Positions 49,390-58,422 of a stretch of DNA of 64,000 nt are shown piece after piece (positions within the stretch are counted from its first letter, which is position 1; each line of letters opens with the position of its first letter). The notes under the pieces were generated by a model, which was not told the DNA's origin, searched no databases, and was given only the letters and a program-made list of their open reading frames with translations. The stretch is taken from contig JBHGNT010000006.1 in NCBI GenBank assembly GCA_043228905.1, forward strand, positions 19,468,001 to 19,532,000, given 5' to 3'. A program made the position numbers and the translations under genes. This stretch comes from Azolla caroliniana (Eukaryota > Plantae > Polypodiophyta).

Positions 49390-51257
49390 ATTCCTTCTCT
49401 GTCTTAGTACTATTCCCCAACAATAGTACTAATCCTTCTTTTAGTACTAATTCCTTCTCTGCCTTAATAGAGTTCCTGACATATAGTGTCACAGGAAAGT
49501 CAATTGACAGAGAAAGAGCGGAGTCTTGAAGAAGTCAACAGAAGAATTACGGAACAGCAGGAGGAATGGAGCAAAGAGAAATCGGCATTCGAACAACAAC
49601 TGAATGAAATCCGGAAGATATCGGAACAAAGGCGGCTGGACATATATATAGTCGAATCCAAACTAATGCAGGCTGAAAGTGAAAACCGAGCCACCATTAC
49701 GGATTTACGGAAAGAGTTGCAAGCCGCTCAATTCGACGCAAGCATCACTAAGGACAAAGTGCAGCACATCATAGGGAAACATCGAAACCTAGCAAAGAAA
49801 ATGATCGACGAATCCCTTGCGCAAGGATGGAAGTTATGGACGGCACAAGCGGCGGAATTACAGTTATTGCGTGCCGACAAAAATAACCGTCAGGTCCAAG
49901 GTGCAGGTTTTTTTTAAATGGCACAAAAGGATATTGACAATATCCAAGAGGATATCATGAAAGATATGGACGAAATTGCGGCATTTTACAGAGAAGAAAT
50001 TCAACGTATTATGCAAGAATTCGACAAAAATGATATAGGCACTTCCGTCCAGTTGGATAAAATCGAAGCCGAAAGAACCAGCAAGACTCCTGGTCTTCAA
50101 GCTCCCGAAAGAAGTGAACCAGAGCAGCCAACCGAATCACAACATTCAAAACCTGCTCCGAAGGACGACTGTGACACAGATGAAGATGAAGATGAAGAGG
50201 AAGATATAGATGGAATACATCCAAGGCCAGAAGAGCCTTCGATTTTTGATATTCTGAACGATTCGGATGAAGAGCTACAGGAATAGGCGTGGGTTCGCTG
50301 GACAAGGTCCTAGCCCACGGACGTGCCAAGTGTTACCCGGACCCGGACAGTCAGTTTTACCGAACAAGTGGGAAAGCGTCGAAAACGGAGTCGGTTCGGA
50401 TCGACTGTTCAGATCGATGACTCAGCAGTGAACGAAGAGAACTAAGTTAGTTAGATAATTTTGTAATTCTTGATAGTAAGTAGGAATAGTTCTTGATGAG
50501 AAAAGACCTTCGGTATACCTATAAAAGGGAACCGAAGGCATTGTAAGAAAGGTCGTTTATTTAGTAATATAAGTTTAAGTTAGGAATATCATGTACGGAT
50601 TCTGTGTTCTTTCTATTGTCTATTTTGTTAAGTGCAATCTTCCTAATCTATAACTAAGTAACGATCACGGTAATTACCGATTAATATAGTATATTTCTGT
50701 TCGTAAAACACAATTCCTTGTTAGAACGTTGAGTAGCGACGTTCACTCTTCTGTATCGGTAGTAGTTAGTAATTAGCCGATTAACAAAACCTCGGACCAG
50801 AACGGTAAAGACCAGAACGGTAATGACCGGAGGGGGCCGGACCAGAAGGGAACGACGGCAATCGCGGCAAGTGAAGAAGAGTTGATGCTCATCACCGAGG
50901 AGAGTGAGATAAACCTTGCCGGTGACGAGATGACCTGGGTGGTAGACTCCGGAGCATCGTTCCACCTTACCCCGGACCGGAAATGCTTCGCATCCTACTC
51001 AGCCGGTGACCACGGCTGTGTCCGGATGGGGAATGAAGGTACATGCCGAATTGTCGGCATAGGAGACGTGTGGCTGACAACACCAACCGGATGCAAGTTG
51101 CTGTTGAAGGATGTCCGACACGTTCCGGAAGTTCGTCTGAACCTGATCTCAGCCGGTCGGCAAGATGATGAAGGCTACACGGGTAGCATCCGGAACGATG
51201 TCATGAAGTTAAGCAAAGGGAGCCTGATTGTGGCTCGGGCCCGGAAGGGAAACACGT

Positions 51258-54200
51258 TGTCGCGAAGATTCGCGCGTGCGTGTGCTACTCGAGCGACCAC
51301 CGGGGTCTTGGACTGGGGAGGATGTTCGCGGAATTGTCGAAGAGATGACGATCAATGTAAGATTAGATGAAATTGGTTTACTTGAGAAGAAGAAAAACAT
51401 GAACACTTGAGAAGTAGGAAAACATGAACAAGATAAAGACAAATATTATATTGATGATAATGGTGTTGGTGATATCACATATTGAGCCCCCCTTACACAA
51501 GCCCAACTAGAGGCTTTTATAGGTCTTTCCATGCTCGTGACATGCACATAACCATGGGCTAAAACCATGGTTTTGTGCACACGGTTTTGCTTATGTCATG
51601 CACAAACCATGGGTTTAAAACCATGGTTTTGTGCACATGGTTTTCTATGGTTGTTTCGTCTATAATTTGTATATCAAAAGGAAATACATACAATCTACAC
51701 TATATGATAGTTGTCCTAGTGGTAAGGCAATTATCTTGTATGTTTGAGGTGCAAGGTTCAAACCTTGCTTGCACCCCTCTATATGAACTCAAGTGCCACT
51801 AGGCCTTAGGAGGCTTATTTGCTAAGTGTATGTGCACATCCTTGGTTTATTCGTCTCACTCGGTTTCACACCGTAGCCGAAAATCGTCACGACATCCACC
51901 CCCACCAAACCCGCACATCCTCCGGTATGTGCCGAGAAAGGTGAAGAGGTGAGATCTTTGGCAACGGTGATCAACCGAGTTCCTCTGCACGCTCGTCGAC
52001 TTCGTCTTCCACTTCGAGTATGCGCAATCTTTCCAACCGAACCACCGTAGCCACCCGATCCACCATATCCGGCGCTCACACCTTCTTCCCCGATCGGTTG
52101 TAGTAGATCTACCGAACGATGTCGTCGATACGACCGCTCTTCCTTCGTCCACCGCGCGTGTCCTTCGATTGGACTCCTGGCCACTCCTCACGCTCACCGT
52201 CTTCAACTTGGTATTGTAGATCGTTCGTGTCGATCTCCGATTAGGACGGGTTTGCCCTTGTCCGGATCGGTCTCCACCGATCGCTTCTTGGCTTGGTTGG
52301 CCTTCGTCTGCATTCACATTTCCCCGAGTCGGGCTCGACCGATTGATTCTGGCTGGGTCGGCCCCCTTCTGGATCGGAATCGTCCGATCGATTTTCGCCG
52401 AATCAGGTTTCGGCCGGGTTGGCCCCGGTCGATCGGCTCCCATGTGGATCTTCCTTCGTTCGGGTCGGAATCCCGGCCGGATCGTCTTCCGGTTCAACCG
52501 GTTCTCGACTCTTCCTTCCTTCCCGCATGCAACCTCTCCATCGAACTCAACCGCAGCTTCATCCTTGGCCTCCACGTCGGCCATATCCTTCCCTCCATGT
52601 ATGCTCGCCGCGAGCCATATTGTCTCCTCTTCACCACCTCCTTTATCTTCGGTCTTATGCCGACACACGGTCTCGACTGCCGAAGTCTCCGGAACCAGTG
52701 TGAAGGAATCCCTTCGTTCATTTACATTTACCTTGTCTTCTTCATCGCCCTTCCGGTCGTCCTCTTTTTTGTCCACACATTCTGTCTCTCCAGTCTCACG
52801 TTGGCGCACGTGCACAACCGTCGAAGTCTCTAGAATAGGTGTGGGGATATCCTTTCTTCCTCGATCTTCTTCCTCCTTGTGTTGGGCCTTCGTCTTCCCG
52901 TCACCACCTTCCGTCTCTCCGGTCTCACGTTGGCACATTGGCGCAACCGCCGAAGTCTCTGGAACAAGCGTGAAGAAAGTGTCGACATGGCTATCCGTCG
53001 TCGACTCATCCATAGCCACCTCCGACTCGATGTCGTTTGTCATGGCTACCTCCTCAATCTCTTCAGACTCAAACACTTTTTCTCCCTCGATCATGCAAGC
53101 TTTTCTCATGCTTGCGCCGTCATCACCCGATGTTTCGTACACAATGCGTGTTCCGAAACATTTATCCTCCCTCGAAGTGGCGTTCGCCGTCCTCGAGTCA
53201 TCGGCCTCCTCCTTCGCCGTCGTTTCTTTGTAAGACAAGAAGGTGACTTGTTTCACACCTTCTCTCTCGGTACCGTCATACCGAACTAGAGCCTTTGTAT
53301 CGGCCACTTCATTAACCCGCATTTGTTGGGAGGTCTCTTCTTCCTCGATCACCATTCGCCTCGGTTTTGTCTCCCTTCTAAGCTTCATTTCTTTTGTTGG
53401 TGATGCGTTGTTGCATCTCGTCCCTCTTCGATCGTCCCTCATGGGCCGTCTTGTTGTCATCGATATTCTCGCTTGCCCCTTATCGTGTAGTCGGCATACA
53501 CTTTCCACTTTGCTCCAATCCTCGATGAGGCCATTTGCACCATCATCTTCTTCGAGTTTGAGGCCGATCGCCATTCTTTCCATTCGATCGATTGACTTCA
53601 CGAACATAAGGACCTTATCGACCCCCACCAATCTTTGTTCCCGCTCCGACAATTGAGAAAAATGATGCTCGAAGTCTACGAATGCTTGTGTCGCACCTTG
53701 GTGGGTCTTCGCTGATGTCACCCATTGGTCGAAGTTGCGTCGATCTTGTCCCTTCTGCCTCTCATAGCCATATTCCTCCAATAGAGCCTTCTCGAAAGTC
53801 GTCCACGAATCATGAGCTTCTAGAAGCTCTTCTACATCTTTGAAGATCGGTTGAGACACCACCCGACAAAAGTACTCTAGCCTCATAGCTTTGTCCACAC
53901 CTCTTGAATCCATCTCCGCATTGTAGACTTTTAGGAAACTTTGGACATCGGCGCCGTTGAAATAGCTCATTCGTTCGACTACTTTGTCGACGGCTTGTTG
54001 GGCTTCATTTCTTCTTTTCTCTTCTCTCAGAAACTCCATCATCCTTCTTGCCATTGCCTCCATGAGATATTCGCCATCCATCTTCGTCCTCCCCTGCTGC
54101 TCTTCACGTCGGGTTCACCAAATGATGTCGCGAAGATTCGCGCGTGCGTGTGCTACTCGAGCGACCACCGGGGTCTTGGACTGGGGAGGATGTTCGCGGA

Positions 54201-54762
54201 ATTGTCGAAGAGATGACGATCAATGTAAGATTAGATGAAATTGGTTTACTTGAGAAGAAGAAAAACATGAACACTTGAGAAGTAGAAAAACATGAACAAG
54301 ATAAAGACAAATATTATATTGATGATAATGGTGTTGGTGATATCACATATTGAGCCCCCCTTACACAAGCCCAACTAGAGGCTTTTATAGGTCTTTCCAT
54401 GCTCGTGACATGCACATAACCATGGGCTAAAACCATGGTTTTGTGCACACGGTTTTGCTTATGTCATGCACAAACCATGGGTTTAAAACCATGGTTTTGT
54501 GCACATGGTTTTCTATGGTTGTTTCGTCTATAATTTGTATATCAAAAGGAAATACATACAATCTACACTATATGATAGTTGTCCTAGTGGTAAGGCAATT
54601 ATCTTGTATGTTTGAGGTGCAAGGTTCAAACCTTGCTTGCACCCCTCTATATGAACTCAAGTGCCACTAGGCCTTAGGAGGCTTATTTGCTAAGTGTATG
54701 TGCACATCCTTGGTTTATTCGTCTCACTCGGTTTCACACCGTAGCCGAAAATCGTCACGACA
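51258..54762 (-). mobile_element. Young non-autonomous gag-only gypsy element
   Basis: 637-bp LTRs 51258-51894 and 54126-54762 (1 mismatch seen); 4-bp TSD ACGT; minus-strand PBS TGGTGAACCCGACGTGA (tRNA-Trp-like) at about 54104-54120; no pol. Confidence 0.93.
51856..54081 (-). CDS. gag: Gag-like protein with long acidic/repetitive C-terminal extension
   Basis: 741-aa ORF; N-terminal ~200 aa resembles the gag ending at 27866 (DKVLMFVKSID vs DKVLLFLKAVD). Confidence 0.8.
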   Translation of the reverse strand: MDGEYLMEAMARRMMEFLREEKRRNEAQQAVDKVVERMSYFNGADVQSFLKVYNAEMDSRGVDKAMRLEYFCRVVSQPIFKDVEELLEAHDSWTTFEKALLEEYGYERQKGQDRRNFDQWVTSAKTHQGATQAFVDFEHHFSQLSEREQRLVGVDKVLMFVKSIDRMERMAIGLKLEEDDGANGLIEDWSKVESVCRLHDKGQARISMTTRRPMRDDRRGTRCNNASPTKEMKLRRETKPRRMVIEEEETSQQMRVNEVADTKALVRYDGTEREGVKQVTFLSYKETTAKEEADDSRTANATSREDKCFGTRIVYETSGDDGASMRKACMIEGEKVFESEEIEEVAMTNDIESEVAMDESTTDSHVDTFFTLVPETSAVAPMCQRETGETEGGDGKTKAQHKEEEDRGRKDIPTPILETSTVVHVRQRETGETECVDKKEDDRKGDEEDKVNVNERRDSFTLVPETSAVETVCRHKTEDKGGGEEETIWLAASIHGGKDMADVEAKDEAAVEFDGEVACGKEGRVENRLNRKTIRPGFRPERRKIHMGADRPGPTRPKPDSAKIDRTIPIQKGADPARINRSSPTRGNVNADEGQPSQEAIGGDRSGQGQTRPNRRSTRTIYNTKLKTVSVRSGQESNRRTRAVDEGRAVVSTTSFGRSTTTDRGRRCERRIWWIGWLRWFGWKDCAYSKWKTKSTSVQRNSVDHRCQRSHLFTFLGTYRRMCGFGGGGCRDDFRLRCETE

Positions 54763-54766
54763 ACGT

Positions 54767-57596
54767 TGTACCTGATGAATGCCCGGTTACGTCCGGAAGA
54801 AGTGAACGTGGCATCCGACACTGCCGGTGAGCTGTGGCACAAGAGACTGTGTCATATGAGCGAGAAGGGGATGAAGAGGCTTGCAGACGACAACCTCATT
54901 CCGGTGAAGAACGTGCACTTAGAGAAGTGTATTGATTGTCTGGCCGGTAAGAAGAACCGGACCTCCTTCCGACCAAAGCCACCGATGAGACGTAATGCAC
55001 CACTGGAGTTGGTGCATACGGATGTGTGTCAGGTAGACACGAATTCACATGCCGGAGCGCAGTACTTCGTGACGTTCATAGATGACCACAGCCGGAAGTT
55101 GTGGGCCACACCGCTGAAGACGAAGAATCAGGTGTTATCCGTCTTCAAAGAGCTCCACGCGAGAGTCGAAAGAAAAACCGGCCGGAAGCTGAAGGCGGTT
55201 CGAGCAGACAACGGAGGAGAATACCGGGGGCAGTTCGAGGAGTACTGCCGCTTGAAGGGAATCCGGCTCGAATTTACCGTGCCGAAGACGCCGGAACTAA
55301 ACGGACTGGCCGAGAGGATGAACCGGACCATAATGGAGAGGGTCCGGAGTATGCTAGCGCATGCAAAACTACCCAAGAACATGCAAAACTACCCAAGAAG
55401 TTTTGGGCTGAGGCACTGTCGACGGCGACATATGTGATAAACAAATCACCCTCAATACCCTTGGACGGAGACATGCCATAGAGAGTATGGACCGGTAAGG
55501 AAGTGTCCTACCGGCATCTGAGGGTGTTCGGGTGTCTCGCGTACGTGCATGTAGCTAAGGACCGGAGAGGAAAGCTAGATCCAAAGACCCGGCCATGCAT
55601 ATTCCTCGGTTACGGTGACGATGAGTTCGGCTACCGAGTGTGGGACCTGGTCGACAAGAAGGTATTCCGGAGTCGAGATATTATCTTCATGGAGGACAAG
55701 ACGCTCGCCGATTGGGAGTCGGAGAAGAAGATAATGAACTCTGAGTCGACTGGTAAGGATAGACTCTACGATGAGCAGACCCAACCGGCAAGAGACCGGT
55801 TAGCACTCGAGGGACCAGCCGGTTACGGTGAGGATACCGAACCGGCAGAAGAAGAAGTAGAGGAAGCTGAAATCGGAACCGGCCAAGACCCCGAATCAGA
55901 TTCGGATGAAGAGCAAATGGAGGAGCCGGCTACCGAAGCCCGAAGACGTAGATATCCTCTCAGAGAGAGAAGGGCCCCCCGGAGATTTCCGGATGTAGAG
56001 CATGTGCTGCTGACCGATGAGGGAGAGCCGGAAAGCTTCGAAGAAGCGAAGGATGACACCCACAACCAAAAATGGTTAAGTGCCATGCAGGATGAGATGG
56101 ATTCCCTGCATGAGAACCATACATACGAATTAGTTGAGCTGCCGAAAGGAAAGCGAGCACTCCGAAATAAGTGGGTGTACAAGTTGAAACCGGGAGATGC
56201 CGGAAACCCCCAGAGATACAAAGCTAGGATCGTGGTGAAGGGGTTCCAGCAGAAGAAGGGCGTGGACTTCGACGAGATATTTGCCCCGGTAGTAAAGATG
56301 ACCTCCATCCGGACGGTGCTGAGTATAGCAACAAGCATGGACCTCGAGGTAGAATAGCTAGACGTGAAGACGACATTCCTTCACGGTGACCTCGAAGAGG
56401 AGATCTACATGCAGCAACCGGAAGGATTTGTGGAGAAAGGGAAGGATCACCTGGTATGCCGGTTGAAGAAGAGCCTGTACGGACTGAAGCAGGCTCCCCG
56501 GCAATGGTACCGGAAGTTCGACTCCTTCATGACCGATCAAGGGTACCACAAGACACAGGCCGATCACTGTGTGTTTGTGAAGAATTTCGAAGGAGACGAC
56601 TTCTTAATACTCCTCCTATACGTGGATGACATGTTGATCGTCGGACGTGACCAAGTCAAAATACGGATGCTGAAGAAGGCTCTCAACCAGACCTTCTCAA
56701 TGAAAGACTTGGGTCCGGCAAGACAGATGTTGGGGATGCACATCATTCGGGACCGGTTAAAGAAGCAACTATGGCTGTCACAGGAGAAGTATGTGACAAA
56801 GGTGCTTCACCGGTTCAACATGTCAGAAGCGAAACCGGTCGGATCGACACTTCCGGCAAACTGCAAGCTATCCGGCAAGCAAAGCTCGAAGACGAAAGCA
56901 GAGAAGGCGGATATGATAAAGATTCCATATGCCTCTGCCGTCGGGAGCTTGATGTACGCTATGGTGTGTACCCGACCAGATATAGGATACGCAGTCGGAG
57001 TGGTGAGTCGGTTCATGAGTAATCCCGGCAAGGAGCATTGGAACGCGGTCAAATGGATACTCCGGTATTTGAAGGGCACTTCAAATATGTGTCTCCGACT
57101 CGGCTCCGGAAAACCTCAACTGGACGGTTTAACCGATTCGGACATGTCGGCTGATGTGGATACCAGCCGGTCTACATCCGGATATGTGATGACATATGCA
57201 GGGGGAGCTATTTCGTGGCAGTCGAGGCTGCAGAAGACGGTTTCATTGTCAACCACAGAGGCGGAGTACATGGCAGCTGTGGAAGCCGGCAAGGCAATAC
57301 TATGGATGAAGGACTTCATCGGAGAGCTCGGTATCCGGCAAGAGGAATACCGACTCTACTGCGACAGTCAAAGTGCCATCCACCTTGCTAAGAATGCGGC
57401 CTACCATTCCCGGACGAAGCATATCCAGCGGAGGTATCACTGGATCCGGGAAAGAGTAGATGACCAGGAGTTCGCACTGACGAAGATCCACACGGCCGAG
57501 AACGGGTCAGATATGCTGACCAAAGTGCTGACACCCGACAAGCTGGACGCATGCCGGAAGAGGATCGGACTGGTAAGTCACCCCATGCCGGAGTGA
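54767..57596 (+). pseudogene. pol: Tork copy A pol (INT, RT, RNase H), disrupted
   Basis: 20-bp duplication frameshift near 55361-55400; stops near 55478 and 56355; YVDDML and TDSD motifs. Confidence 0.9.
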
Positions 57597-57606
57597 AGGG
57601 GGAGTT

Positions 57607-58422
57607 TGTTGGGAGACAGGTCCCTCCGGATGGGAAGGAAGAAGATCAGTGACGATTAGTGATGGTCCCTCCGGATGGGAAGGAAACCGTATGAGGAGGA
57701 CCCCGGCTACAGAGAGCCAGATGGTGCAGGCCTGATATGAACCGGATGAGGAGTACCCGGCTACGGAGAGCCAGATGGTGCAAGCCCGGTATGAACCGGA
57801 TGAGGAGTACCCGGCTACGGAGAGCCGGATGGTGCAGACCCAGTATGAACCGAACGAGGAGTACCCGGCTACGGAGAGCCGGATGGTGCAGGCCCGGTAC
57901 GAACCGGATGAGGAGTACCCGGCTACGGAGAGCTGGATGGTGCAGACCCGGTATGAACCAGAGGAAGAGACATATTCGTAAATATGTTTCTGAGAGCCCA
58001 TCGTGGCTATATTTGTAAATAGCCGAAAATTCATATTAGTATAAATATGACTTAGGGCAAACTAATATGTAGGTTGTTGTCATTCTTCCTTGTTGGTGCA
58101 AGAAGAAGAGAGAGTGCATAATTGTACACAGAGAGAGAGAGAGAGACGAAGGTCGTTGCCTCTGTTGTAACCGCCGCCTGTGGCGAAGATCTGTGAGCAC
58201 GAGGTCGTTGCCTCAGTGAACTCACTGTTGTATATTCCTACATAGTGACAGTTTGCAGCCTGTGGGCTGCCGTGGTTTTTCCCCTAGTTTGGGGTTTTCC
58301 ACGTAAACCTCCTGTGTATTCTCTCCTTCTTTGTGTCGCGTTTTATTTCCCATTTTCCTGTGTATCATTCTAAGCTCGGTTGTGGCCGAGCGTTGCGCAT
58401 AAGGAACGTTGGGTTCCCGTCA
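57607..58422 (+). repeat. 3' LTR of Tork copy A with about 5 x 54-bp U3 repeats (57691-57960)
   Basis: TGTTGGGAG...CCCGTCA following the PPT; 18-codon periodicity visible in overlapping ORFs. Confidence 0.9.

Larger units (their letters stand above)
43787..49481 (+). mobile_element. Intact Tcn1-like chromovirus (Ty3/gypsy)
   Basis: Apparently identical 424-bp LTRs 43787-44210 and 49058-49481; TSD TATAG; PPT AAAGGGGGGATAG; intact gag and pol. Confidence 0.97.
42118..50286 (+). pseudogene. Extra 3' ORF of the gypsy (coiled-coil protein, unknown function), split by chromovirus insertion and two in-frame stops
   Basis: 42118-43644, TAA, frame open to 43786; after removing the insertion and one TSD it continues into 49487-49917, TAA, 49918-50286. 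Confidence 0.75.
35683..50786 (+). mobile_element. Full-length non-chromoviral Ty3/gypsy (Athila/Tat-like group, tentative) with extra 3' ORF
   Basis: 456-bp LTRs 35683-36138 and 50331-50786 (about 4 transitions seen); TSD AAACC; PBS TGGCACGCCCGGT 36150-36162. Confidence 0.95.
35604..58422 (+). mobile_element. Tork-like copia copy A (5'-deleted), interrupted by 35683-50786 and 51258-54762
   Basis: 35604-35682 + 50792-51257 + 54767-57596 are collinear with 59043-62380; PPT GAAGGGGGAG; 3' LTR 57607-58422. Confidence 0.9.

Noticed and set aside
57607-58422. Tandem Tork dimer sharing a central LTR
   Set aside because: No PBS or gag start follows the LTR and the sequence resumes mid-gag, so copy A is nested in copy B
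58333-58422. N-terminus of the 590-aa ORF (likewise 26685-26870 of the 393-aa ORF)
   Set aside because: Lies within LTR sequence; fortuitous in-frame extension of gag
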